Shown here piece after piece: positions 49,050 to 62,131 of a stretch of DNA of 64,000 bases (position 1 is its first letter; each line of letters opens with the position of its first letter). The translations under genes and the position numbers were made by a program. A model generated the notes under the pieces. It had not been told where the DNA came from. It was given only the letters and a program-made list of their open reading frames with translations, and ran no database searches. The stretch is from Dimorphilus gyrociliatus (Eukaryota > Animalia > Annelida), in the NCBI GenBank assembly GCA_904063045.1, contig CAJFCJ010000039.1:62001-126000 (forward strand). Direction: 5' to 3'.

Positions 49050-50107
49050 ATATACTGTATATTTACGCACACACACACACACACATACACAGACAGACAT
49101 ACATACATGCATACATACATACAATACATGCATACACTTTTATATCGACCGGGCTTTGCATTCATGCAGTGTCGCCCTTTATTATTTCCTTCATCAATTA
49201 TTCATTAGCCTTTTCCGCGGTATTATCACGTGACCGTAACGCGTCCTTCTCTCCTTGTTTTTTTTTTTCCCCATTTTATACCGTTTACAGGGTTTGCACA
49301 ATTACGAGTTGATGGCCGGCTCGCACCTACGAGTCTCCTTCACCAAATCCGTCATTTGAGGACGGATATTTAAAAATTCCTCCCCTTCCCCACAGGTTTC
49401 TTAGTTTTTGTTTTGGCTACAAATTTATCAATTTGATAAGATGATACAAAAATTTTTTGCATGCTGGAGATTTCAACGCATGGGAGATTAATTCCTTATA
49501 ATTATTAATGTTTTATTTTTTTATTATCATCATTACTCTATTCTAAATGATATTGTGCTATCTTTCGCCTCTCTATTATAACCTATACAGTATGTATATA
49601 CAGTATATATTGAAGCGTATATGAATTATGTGCGATATATGGAAGTTTTATGAAGCAATTTAGACAAAGAGACATATATTGTACGTCATTAAATACGAAC
49701 ATATATATGCTGAATATATATATTTATATATATATTTATCTTTTTGTACTGAGTGCACGTCTAAAAAAGTGGTGATCGACTATTGAATCGGGCTTATATT
49801 GATCTCTATTGAAACGCATCTGCGATGAGAGGCTGTTCTTCATTAGCAGTTAGACGACATATATATGAAAAGAAAAAATTAAAAAAAAAATTGCTATTGA
49901 ATCGATTCGCAGATGGTACACAGTCGTATTGAACATTAGCTAATCCTCCTTTTCTATTCCTCACAGAATTTGCATAATCATCAACTAGCCGAAGCTGCCC
50001 ATCTCCGGGTGTCCTTTTCTAAATCTTACGTTGTACCCCAATCACAAGCTTTGGCCAATGGTGAAGAGGGGGAAGAAAGAGTTTTAGATGAAAACGAGGA
50101 AGATTGA
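43400..50107 (+). CDS. PTBP1: Polypyrimidine tract-binding protein (PTBP/hephaestus), four RRMs; 552 aa (terminal exon a) or 576 aa (terminal exon b)
   Basis: Exons 43400-43540, 44521-45043, 45385(or 45376)-45645, 45718-45756, 46583(or 46598)-46710, 47104-47137, 47287-47671, 48369-48447, then 49291-49359 or 49967-50107; phases chain without stops. Hallmarks: split K|R NLS + [68 protein letters not shown](T/S)KS. Confidence 0.95.
47104..47137 (+). CDS. 34-nt PTB exon ([12 protein letters not shown]), equivalent of vertebrate PTBP1 exon 11 / PTBP2 exon 10
   Basis: ttctag|ACGGTC...TTTG|gtacgt; same length, phase and position as the vertebrate exon (RVTPQSLFILFG). Confidence 0.9.
49291..49359 (+). 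CDS. PTB alternative terminal exon a ([22 protein letters not shown])
   Basis: Strong acceptor tttttttttccccattttataccgtttacag|, phase 0, completes RRM4. Confidence 0.85.
   Translation, partial: GLHNYELMAGSHLRVSFTKSVI
49967..50107 (+). CDS. PTB alternative terminal exon b ([20 protein letters not shown] + acidic tail)
   Basis: Acceptor with branch-like gctaat and ccttttctattcctcacag|, phase 0, second copy of the RRM4 end. Confidence 0.85.
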   Translation, partial: NLHNHQLAEAAHLRVSFSKSYVVPQSQALANGEEGEERVLDENEED

Positions 50108-50202
50108 AACGTTTAATCTACTCTAATGCTGATAATTAACAATAACAATAATAACAATATTATTTACTAATAATGATGATGATGTTCGGCATCCGACGCT
50201 GC

Positions 50203-50283
50203 TATATATATATATATATATATATATACTAAGGAGTTGTTAGTAAAAGTGTATATATATATATACGAACGCAATATATGCCG

Positions 50284-50330
<47 letters not shown>

Positions 50331-50500
50331 GTATATATATATATATACGTGTGTGTATGTGTGTGTATATGTATACGGTATATATATCTTATGCAAAACG
50401 AAATTCTCAGTTTCAGTTTTCTCTTATATTTTTTTTTATGTATATATATATACATATATTTATATATTTATATATATATATATATATATATGTATATAGA
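50203..50500. repeat. (AT)n-rich compound microsatellite region in/after PTB 3'UTR
   Basis: Multiple long TA runs with (GT)n interruptions. Confidence 0.9.
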
Positions 50501-51665
50501 TTATTGAGAATATTCTTTATCGCGTGCCTTAAAAAGAACAGTCCGTGCGCTTATTTTGCGCATGCGCAATATGTGATAATGTTGTAGAATATTTTTTTGA
50601 AACATTCCAGAAATACGTTAGAAAGAAAGAAAAGAGGAGAGAAAAGAAATATGTATTTCTGTTTTGGTTTATTTTTTTGTCTTTGTTGTGAATATATTTT
50701 GATTGTGGGGAGGACAGCCTTTTTTTTATATCCGGGATTGCATGATAAAACAAAAAACAAACTATAGAAAGCGAAAAGAGAATAACAAACAGAGAGAAAA
50801 ACAAAAAATAGAGAAAAAGTACTTTTTTCAAGCTCCATTGAATGTTAGGAGAAAATCAATTGTACTATAGATTATCGAGTGGAACGTTTTCAAAGTTCGT
50901 GCTCTGCAAATTTTATTAAACATAAATGATCATAAATTCGACATGCATTCCCAATCATTTATGGATAGGGATGCATTCAATTTTTTCTTCTTATTCTATT
51001 TTTAACTTATGCACGATAGTCATGCATCAAATATTCCGTTACAGATTTAATGAAAAAAACACTGCAACAATTGTTCATGCACCCGAATATAAGGCCTAAC
51101 TCTTCATTTCTATAACATATTTTTCGTATATACCAATATATTAAATGTTTATGGTGCCTTTTCATATATATATATATGCTGTTTAAGGTATATATTTATA
51201 TATAGCTTATATATAAATGTATATTCATATACATATGTATACAACTTGTAGATACATCTATATGAATATTCAATATATTTATATGTATGTATATTTAAAT
51301 ATATACATTTTTAGAGGTCTGATCGTGCCTGCTGTACCCGGGATCAATGCGAGTGTAATAGTTTTTAATTATATAAAACGATAAGAGAAAATATTTTACG
51401 TTGTCAATACCTGTGAATAATTCAATTGGCAATACAGTGTACAAACGGGACGGAAACTGTTCATCGATCGTTTTTTCACCGCAAAACGTGCGATTGTCAA
51501 GCGGCGCGTAGTGATGACAAACATTTCGGATCGTTCAATAAACGAAAAGCCGATTGACTGTTTATACACGTATGTACACGTACATATGCATGTACGTATA
51601 AACATATACAGTGTCCGTACAGCAATAAGATCTATATACAGTATATATATATATATACTGTATAC

Positions 51666-51669
<4 letters not shown>

Positions 51670-51714
<45 letters not shown>
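51670..51714. repeat. (AT)n microsatellite
   Basis: Perfect run of about 22 units. Confidence 0.95.
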
Positions 51715-51719
<5 letters not shown>

Positions 51720-52026
51720 GTATATTAATTTAAATATGTAATAATACCATCTACATGAAAAAGACACAGATAAATACAGTTTACCTACTGCTGTATATTA
51801 GCAAGTTTTCTCTATATTTGCAAATTTATGCATATATAAGGATTGTACATATTTATGTAGTAGTCGTGTTAGAGAATTAATTATGATTAAATTATGTATG
51901 CGCCTTATGCAGCGCTGATCCATTAATTTTTTAACTTTACTGTTCAAGCTCTATGTTTTATATTTTATTTCTATTTTCCTTCATTCATGCATACATTCTT
52001 TCATTCTTTTTTCGTCCTCTTCCCCA

Positions 52027-52064
<38 letters not shown>

Positions 52065-52319
52065 ATTTTCTCTATTTTTTCAAGAGTCATATATTCGGGT
52101 GAAAACTAGTCAAAGGAAAGGGATATACAGATTTTCGTATTCAATCTTCTAGTCTATTAATATATTTCGAGAATATTTTTCGATTGCACACTGCCATTCA
52201 AACATTGTGCTATTCTTCTATTTAAATTGGGCCGTTGGCCTATCTATTTTACGCCTCTATTCATAAAGGCTGTTGTTCAGAAAAAAAGAGTGAAAGAGTG
52301 CTCTCGAACATTTTAGAAT

Positions 52320-52490
52320 TTTTTTTTCGCGAGACGAGTACGAACGTGTCGCGTCCTCTCGTCGATTTTTCGCCGTTGTTTGCCTAGCGGCGTTTGTGTA
52401 ATGCATTTTGCGCGTTCGATATTAGCGGCTATTGTTCACTGGAACGGGCAACCGGGTTTATGCGGGACGTCGATAGATGGCGCTACCTTG
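52320..52490 (+). promoter_or_regulatory. CpG-rich promoter-like patch upstream of LRR gene, with E2F-like TTTTCGCG/TTTGCGCG and a CTCF-like site
   Basis: Local CpG density; motifs visible near 52324, 52407 and 52474. Confidence 0.45.
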
Positions 52491-52681
52491 TTGAACAGTG
52501 TTTCCTTTTAAAAGAGTCTTATCGATTTTCCTGACTTAAATATTATGCATAATGTATAAATTCTACTCTATCTTATTACATCTAATTAGTATATATAGAC
52601 CGCTTTACTTTTATTCTAATCAGTATCGTATATGAAACTTCTATTCTTCTCTTCTAGAAGGAAACTCTTTCAATTTTTCTT

Positions 52682-52685
<4 letters not shown>

Positions 52686-52754
<69 letters not shown>
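52686..52754 (+). repeat. (CT)n-(TATC)n microsatellite
   Basis: Directly visible. Confidence 0.95.
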
Positions 52755-52755
<1 letters not shown>

Positions 52756-52893
52756 AATATCTATCAACCTATCTATTTCTTATTCGCTCTTTCTCTCTAT
52801 TTTATGTTTGTTTGAATTAATTTACGTTTGTCGTCTACCTATCTGTATATTTATCTGCCTGCATGTTTATCAGTCTGTCTGCTTGCCTGTCAG

Positions 52894-52936
<43 letters not shown>

Positions 52937-53862
52937 CTCTATCTAGCCATCTTAAATATCTAGCTATCACTCTCTCTCTCTCCTCTCATCCCTGCCCCTA
53001 TATTCTCTCTTCCCTTCTGCTTCATCTATTTCCAGGATATTGGTTTTTAATTCTACTGAATACTATCTGAATAGATTACTACTTTGAGATATTTATGCAA
53101 AATATATGACAACCGGATGGACATTTAGCTGTGCACAAAAAGAGGCTTATCAAATATTTTAATAACTTTACAACACTGATATTGAGCGCTTATCAGCTAA
53201 TCGATAAATCATAAAACAATAAAAAGGAATGGATATTGTAACTTGTTTCTTTATACGTATTAAACCAAGTTATCTGGCCTTGTAACTCAACATAATCTAT
53301 TGATTAATCACAATATTTCTAGAGACAATTTCGTCTACAAACGACCGCTGAAATATTTAATGTTAGGCTCAATTTCCTTCTTTTAACTCCTTTAAGGCCC
53401 ATTCTCCAGTTTTACGACTTGGGCATTAATTAAGCTCTACTATTCTTCCTTTTCTTCCTTTCAACGTTTGCCCAGTTGACCAGAACCTGTTGCAAATATG
53501 TTATATATATATATCCTGTCTACCCACCTATACATGTTGACTATGCGTGCGTTTGTGTGTATGTATATGTGTATCGCTCTCTTTTTCTCTCTATTTCGTC
53601 AATCTATCAAGCACGATTCCATCTTACATTTCACGTAAGAGAAAATTAAAAGGTATTCAAATCGCTTATTCAAGATTACGTAATTTAAACAGAGCAAAGT
53701 TCGAGAGGGCAACCCGACTCTGTTATTCATAGTTCTTCAAAAATTACCGCCGAATAAAGACATCTCGACTATCAGTTGGATTCTTTTTTGGTTTATGTCT
53801 GTCATCAATTTGAATGAGTCATTGAAATTAGCATTACTGGAACAAAAAGCCTCTTTTTAGAC

Positions 53863-55922
53863 ATGGTGAAAACTTTAATAGATTTTTGCTATCAGACTAT
53901 TGCATTTTCTGTGGCTGATCTGGGATGTCTGCTTGACGATTTACCACCATCTTATCGAGAAGCATTAATATACCGTATTTTCGCTCACGACTTGATTTTC
54001 TCTCAAAACTGGGCAGTTATTAAGAAATATGTAATTAAATCGTGTAACATTAGAACACTAAACATTTACAATAGTTATGAATTGAACGATTCTCACCTAA
54101 AAACAATTGGACAGGAAACTAATAATTTGGTAAAATTTGAGCTAAACTCTTGTTCATTGATTACAGATGAAGGCCTACTGAGGTAAATGATTAATAGTTT
54201 ATTAATTACCGTGTTTTATATAGAGTGAAGTGAAGAAATGAACAATTAATTAAATGCTACTTAAATAGAGCTTTATAAACTTTATAGTAAATACAAATAT
54301 ATAAATTTACATTTCTTTGAAGTTTACTGGAAAATCAGAGTGGACTGGAGGAGATCAGATTAAAGAAACTGCAAAAATTAACATCAAAAGCCTTCCGATT
54401 CCATTCGCCGAAATTAAAATTAATAAAACTACGTAAATTAAAGAATTTGCAATCTGATGAAATTCTATTAAACTTTTTCCGACGTCATACAACGATTGAA
54501 GAGATCAAATTAGAAGACAATATAGGAGTAAAGGAGGATGTGATTGAAACCATAGCCAAATCCAGTAATGAAAATTTGGTAAGAAATCGTATATAAAAAG
54601 TAAAAGCCATCAAGTTTTTCTTGTTTTTCTTTTAATGCCTTTCTTTCTTTCTTTCTTTTTTATCCTTATCTTTAGAAAATAATTGACGTATCCGGTAGTT
54701 CTATGATGACAAATCTTTCATTAAATATTATTGGAGAGAACTGCCCTAATTTACAGACTCTTGGCTTGTTTGGATGTAATAAAGTTGATGGAACTTCTCT
54801 AGTTTGCCTTAAGGAGGGATGCCCTAATTTAAAAAATTTAGAGCTATCCTTCATCAGTAAACTATCCAATGCGATTAGTTATCCCGCCTTAATGAACCTA
54901 CCTGATTTATCTTCGATATCTTTAAATGGAATAAGCTTGGAATCGGAAGATATTCTTTGCAGAACAATTTGCCGCCTTAAGAATTTGAAAGAGTTAAAGT
55001 TGCGAGGAGTAACATCGTTAAACGATGCAACCCTTTCGAAAATCATTGAAGAAGTTGGAGAAAATTTAGAAGTGTTGGACATAAGTCACGATATGGTTAA
55101 GAATATAACCGACGATTCTTTAAAGAAGATCTCGGAACATTGCACTAAACTACGGAGTATTATGCTAAGTAATATGAAAGGTATTAATGGGAGAGGTTTA
55201 GTGCGACTTTTAAATGATCAAGAGAGGTGCGAGAGGATTACTTGGCTCTTTCTTTCCGGATTATCGGTAAAGAATCTTTAAATATCCTATTTATTTGCTT
55301 AAAAAACCATTCTACTCCATTCCTACACACTCTTTTTACTCTTGAGTAGATTGAGCATAACCTAATTATGGATATATGTTCGAGGTGCAAAAATTTCAAG
55401 GTACTAAGCCTATCGGGCGTTACAATAGTAGACGACCAAGTTCTCTTTGCTTTAGCCGACAATTGTCATTCACTAGAAGTGATGGAACTAAAAGCTTGCA
55501 GACTGGTGAGTAAATATCATAATATATTTATCAATAGCTGCTCCTACTTAAAACAATATCATTTTTCATTCTCTTTTCTTTTCCCACCTCCTACAACTTA
55601 ATTATAGATTACTGACAAAGGAATTTGCAGTATTGCAGTTGCCAATCCAAATATTCAATTTCTAGTCCTATCCGGCATCCACAATCTAACTGACAAGAGT
55701 ATATTTGCGTTGGCAAATCATTGCTGTTTCCTCCAAGACTTATTCATAAATGGTTGCGCCAATATTACTGGTCAAGCTGTCAACTACTTGTTAGACGTTG
55801 TTATTAATAGAGTAGCGGTCTACCACGATACTCCAAACGCCCAGCCAGGTCAGCTTTTGGCTCTAAATTTAGATACTGGCGAATATTGCAGAGCCGACTT
55901 ATTTGAATTTCCACGCTACTGA
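53863..55922 (+). CDS. BC-box + leucine-rich-repeat protein (AMN1/Rad7/FBXL-type LRRs), 5 exons, 545 aa
   Basis: Exons 53863-54182, 54323-54578, 54676-55266, 55350-55505 and 55608-55922 sum to 1638 nt in frame. Cysteine-containing LRRs (CPNLQTLGLFGCNKV, ITDKGICSIA, CCFLQDLFINGCANIT). N-terminal KTLIDFC...DDLPPSYREAL resembles BC-box + cullin-box. Confidence 0.88.
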
Positions 55923-58900
55923 TAATAATGACGTTGTTCGATCGTCTCGTTTTCTTTTTTTACCTTTAAATAAAAATGTTCAGCACGATTAAAAAACGAC
56001 TAGTTACAATTAATCAATGATTTTCATTTTAAAACGGCCTTTTTCGATTGCATACCGGTAGATGGCGTTAGTCCTCGAGCCGAAAGGGTGTGAGCAAAGG
56101 AGAGAGAAAGAGTTATTAGCACAAATAGAGGGGAAGGGAGGAGATAAAAAAGCACGGAATCGTTTTTCACGTTATTTATAAGTCTCATTTCTAATTAAAA
56201 ACTAAATTTATCTTTTTATACCTAATCAATAAAAAAAGAGATGGAAGAGAAGAATGATTGGTTTTTTTCTTCCTTGTTTTTTATTTTTAAAATAGAAAAG
56301 AGAATTTATGTAAAAAGAAACAAAAAGGTTTCGAAGATGATTTTCCTCCTCCAGCCAAAAAAAAGCATAAATAGAAATTGATGTTTGTATGAATATTACA
56401 GTACGGTGTTGCTGTTTTTTTTTGTTTTCCTTACAGTTTTCTATTTGATGATATATTCAAAGTAATTTAATATAAAAACGTGAACAACACCTATCTTGTA
56501 CATACATAAAAAATTACATCATTATTTTTACACTCTGATAAAAAAAGGTTTGGTAATCGATGGATTGTGTTCATTGTTTAAGGTATATAAAAAACATACA
56601 TATAAGTTATTTTCATTAAAACTCTTACCTTGTTTAGGACTACATTAGGGATTATTGTTATTATTATTAGTATTAGTTTGTCTTATTCGTATATTGCTGC
56701 TATTTTACAACAGGCGTGTAAACGCGTGTGCTAAAGAGAATTTAGTTGTATTTAATTCAAGTAGTATGTATACTTGATACTGACGTTTACATAAAGTATG
56801 TATTTTGTACGCTTTTGTAAGCGAATGAGTAGATGAGTGGATGAGTGGATGAGTGAGAGATAGATAGAGAAAGAAATTGCGTTCGAGTGTGCGAGTGTTT
56901 GCGTATAAGCGTTTAACATAGAGTGAATGTATGTATGTATGTGTATACAGTATGTGCATTGGGTTGTTCGTTCCTGTTTGCAGATATGTACTTCTATACG
57001 GTATATGGAATATAAAGTGTTAATTATATGCGCATGTTTGCGTAGAATGCGCTCACCGCGTGCATTCGTCGTCTAATCCACTGTTTATATTGAAATGATT
57101 TTTTTACCGACACTACAATTATTCGCATTTGTTTGTCTCCTATTTTGTGCATATGGAAAAAGTAATATTAATAAGTTGAAGACAGTATTTATACAGCTTC
57201 TATCTTTCTCTCATTTCTCCTCCTACTCCCCCTCCCCCTCCCCCCCTCTACCGTAGACATTTCCTTCTCTCCTCCTACTTACGTTTTCTCAACAATTTAT
57301 TATTATTCTCTCTTGTATTCGACACTCGTCCTAGTAACTTTTTACCCGCAGGCCATATATATCCTTCTTTTAGACTCTTAAACGTTTCCCAGGGTTCCTA
57401 ACGTATGGGCGTTGTATGGACAATAGGATAACTTTTACATTGGATTTATGGGTGTATGTTTTTTTTTTCCTAGCGAATATAAGCCGACGCGTTCTCGGCG
57501 ATAATTTATTGTCTACTGGTGAAATGCCGAATAATTCAATCGGAAATACTTGTATACTTCGAAGCGACGAGAATCGTTAGGTGACGTCAGTGACATTTTA
57601 ATTAATAGACGCTCCTTACTTAGAACGTTGTATAAGAGTTTAGAGAAAATAATATATGTACGTATGTATGTATGTATGTATATATGTGTGTGCGTGCGTG
57701 TGTGTGTGTGTGTGATATTATTTGCTTCAGGAATGGAGTTCACTGTGTACACAGAGATTAGGCTTTAAGTGAAAACGGAAGGAGACAGAGAGAGAAGAGG
57801 CGGAGAGAAAAGGAGAAAGAACGAGAGAATAAAGGGGTGGAACAACGATTTGAAGGATAAATAATAAGAGGAAGAGCCGCACGAATTCCCTTTTAGAATT
57901 TCTTTCAAAAAAATACCAGGCGCCACCTGCAGCTCTGCCAGAAATTCCTTTGCTGGGCTATGTTATATATATAATATACTATATTATATTATGTTATATT
58001 ATATATAAAAATATGTATAGCTGTAAATATATATTCGTATAAATCCTTTCGAATTTTCTCCCCGAATGAGGCGTCATTTCCGCTCAGTTAGATAATAATT
58101 GTTGCGCGACATATACACACAATACATAACGCTTTAACGCCGTACAAGCTCGAAAGTAGGCTTCGGAGCAAGCCGACTGCACGCGATCAACCAATTTATT
58201 CACCCTAAATAAATAGGGGAAAGGAGTTGTTCATCTAACAACAGCAGCGTCATCGTGTCCGTTAGGGCGTGAAGGGTCGAAGATTTACTGTTAAAGGGCG
58301 AATGATGACCTTTTTATCTCTCGCTCTTATTCTCCATTTCCGTATGGAATTAGACGCCAGTGACGAATGTAAATCGTTAGATCAAAAGCGAATGAATTAA
58401 ATGAAGTATGCGTGAAAGATTTTTGAATTTTTGATATTTTATATTCATTTCTGTCGCATTCCAAACCGAAATGTGGAGAGAGAGAGAGAGAGAGAAGAGG
58501 AAAACTTAGGGAGAAAGCGGGAAAAGTCTCTTTCTTTCTTTTTTTTATGCTTAAACCATTACGGCTTTCTCATTTTCCGAGAAGTTTTTGGATGAAAAGT
58601 TTTTCCTATCACGAAATGTCTGTTTTAGACGTCTCAATATAAAAAAAGCCCATAGTACCGATTAACCCTATCAGAATTGGCAATTTGCTATATGCTCCTT
58701 TGTTTAGTAAGGCTCATAACTTGTCTTTCTCTTCTCTCCCAAGATCATGATCATTTCGGTACGAACTCGTAAATTCTTCATTTACGCCGCGTGCCGCTGC
58801 ATTCTATCTATTTTCTTTCCTAATACCAAATGTTTGCTGTCAATTGGAAAACATAATTATTCGTACGCAAACTAGATAAATGTTCCTTGTTATTTTCGGG

Positions 58901-61900
58901 TCATAATTCAGTAAATCTAAACCGTTTGGACACGTTTAACCTTTTGTTTTTTTGTTTTTTCCTATTATTTCAAAACTTTTCTATCCAGTTTTTATTCCTT
59001 TTTTCTCTTTTTTTTTTGTCTTTTTCCTATTGTTTTTTAACTTTTTGTTGTTGTTGATGTTTATTTTTTCCCAAGACTTTTGTTTGTTTCTTTTTTTGTA
59101 ATCCATATTTATCATTAGGCTATTACCTATATATCTTCTTCCTTTTCCTATTCTTTTCTCTCTTTTTTTCTCTCTTCCCCTCCCCTCCCCTCTCTCTCTC
59201 TCTCTACTTTTCTCTATTTCTAGAAAGTAGTTTTTTTACCATTGTTTTTTTTTGCTTTCTAGTTGTAAAAACAGTTCTTTACTAGAGTAAAAATTACTAG
59301 TGTTGGATTTTTTATTACTTGTACATTTTGTAAGGAAAACAGGAAAAGTGGTAAAAAACTCTCTATATATATATATATATATATATATTTATAACGAGGG
59401 CTTTTATTAATGGTTCGATATTATGTATTAATATTTATTTAATAATTTAGTAATTTTATCCTGAAAACGTCTTGTCAGCTATATTTTTTATGTAGATTTT
59501 TCAAACAAGTGCTCCGTGTCTTTGTTATGTAAGTCAGGTAAGATGCATCGTTTTTTCCCTCTCCTACCTACCTTTCTCTCTCTCTCTCTCTTCTTTTCTT
59601 TTCTTTTTTTTTACTTTTTGTTTAAGCTGCCTATATAGAAAGAGAGCGAAGGAGAGATAAAGAAGGAAATAATGTAATTAGCGTTCGTATATTATATAGA
59701 AAATATCGAATAAATTGGAATAAGGAGAAAGAGAGAGCGAGAGAGAAAACAAAACAGGTGTTGGAAGTGGCGTAACTTTCATGCTCTTATATAGTTTTGT
59801 AAATTTTATAGCCGGATTGACGGATATAGCATTTCATCATATCATTTGTCATTCGTCGAATTCTGTTTTCCGATAATCTCTTTTTTCCCGTTAGTGTTTA
59901 ATATCATTTTCAATTCTGCCAAAACAAAACCTCTCTCTATTTCCTTCTTTCTTTCTTTTCCTTTGCTATAGCATGTGGCTTTTTATAAATCAACTTTCAA
60001 TCTATTTTCCATTATAATATTGATTATATTTCAAAGCTATAGCGAATTCGGAATAGAAAATCCAGTAGAATTGGGACGGGGAGGCAAGAAGAAGAAAACG
60101 ATAGCCAGTAGGGTGGAAGAGGACGAAGAAGAGGAAACAGTATATAAAGACTAAATACATCAATCAAGTAATAATAAAAATGATTTATGTCAATAAAAAT
60201 ATAAGTTATTTTTACAATAGGAAATTTTTCTTTCAATCTATATTTTCCGACGCCTTTGAGCCGACAGTTTCAAGAGTAAATCATTCAGCGTACAAATTTT
60301 TAAGTAAGAAAGATTGCAAAACTGTTTACAGTTATAAATACAGACAAACTCGTACATGATACAAGAAAATAGAAAGGCATACAAACATGCTTAGAAAACG
60401 CACACGCTTGGGCAGTCGTATTTAGCACGATTATGCTCTTCACACCTAAGAAAATATGCATAAGTAGGTGTGTATGTTTTCGCTATGCATGCATGTGTTT
60501 GTGCATTATATGCGCGCGCAGAATTATATATATATATATATATCTTAAGATTCTTTTTTGCTTTCTTTCTTTTCTTTAATTATCTCCTTTTCCCTTTGTT
60601 TTTCCCTTTTTCACTTTAACGCTATATTTCTAACTATGTCACTTTTTCTCTATTATGTCCCATTGCACTTTTTTTCTTTTCCCTCTCTCTCCTTCTCTCT
60701 CTCTCTCTCTCTCTTTCCCTCTTTTATCAAACCCCAATTCCCTAACATTTCTACGTTTCTTTCAAATTATCTCTAAGCAGAAAGCTTTAACGAAAATAGG
60801 CGATGTCTTTTTTAAATGTAGCAGACTGTTGACGCTAAACAGCCCGAAATATAGCATATAACATTTAACCACAGATAATGAAAAATTATACATGTACGTA
60901 GGTATATACATACAAATACAGTATATATACATATATATATATACATATATGTATACATATATTATATTTAGTTATAGTAATAATTATAAATGTTTAGTAG
61001 AGGGCGCTTACTTGTTAAGAAATGTCGCCGACATAGCAGCCGTCACTTACACAAAAGTCATTTACACTTATATGCAAAGTATGTATAGAAAGTGAACAAA
61101 TAACGAAACCTACTATCGTCGAAATTTTTTGTACACGCAAATATAAATACTAGCTGCATGTAGAACAATAAAAGACGAAAAAATTTTTTATATAATGTAT
61201 ACAGACACTTTCACGCGAATATGGCAAAAAATATCACCGGGCAAAACGTATACATTGTATATGTATAATAGGCATTCTTAATAAGACAAACGGTGTTTTG
61301 AAAATCAACTTTTGAAAAGAGAGAGAAGAAGAAAAAAAAACAAAAAAACTCCACCTAATTCGTCTTTTGTAATAAATAAGTCTTTAATGCGTAAAATTTC
61401 CGCGAACATAGCACCAAATAACAAAAATGAAAAATAAAGAGAAATATTTCAGCGTATACATATACACAGTCATTTATAAATTTACACATAGATGTTTTGA
61501 TTGGATAGATACGTATATAACTTTGTACATATGTATATATCCATTCGCATTCGTATAAACATATATATATATATATCTATATATACATATAGATACACTA
61601 ATATATTTACATATATTTACGTATGATCCCGATAAACAGAAAAGTGTGTACCTACATACATACGTTTGCATATCCGTAAATGTCTATACATACGCATACA
61701 CGTAATCTTCAAAAAAAGGAGAAAAAGAGAAAAAAAAAGGAAAAAAAAAAACCAATAGAACCAATATATATGTATATATAAAGATCTGAATAAATAAGCT
61801 ATACATACATTATTAAGGAGCTGGTATAGATACAAAAAAAAACTTTTTTCACGTACAAACAAATAATTTTCATTCTTTTTCTTTTTTTTTACCATATAAA

Positions 61901-62131
61901 CCTTAAACAGAGCAGAATAATAATAATATTAATAATTATGATAATAATGATAATTATAAAAAAAATAGAGAAAAAAAAAAGAAACAAGGAAAAAAAAATA
62001 AATTTTTACTAAGACTATTTTTTGTTTTACATAAATTTTTTTTTCAAAACACCTTTGCTTTTCTTTTCTTTTCAAACGTCTACAGCGTCCAGAATTAGAA
62101 CAGCAGTCACGTGATAGCTAAATTGCATAAA

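Noticed and set aside
53863-54000. F-box domain at the N-terminus of the LRR protein
   Set aside because: Pattern fits BC-box (TLxxxC) + LPP better than the F-box consensus.
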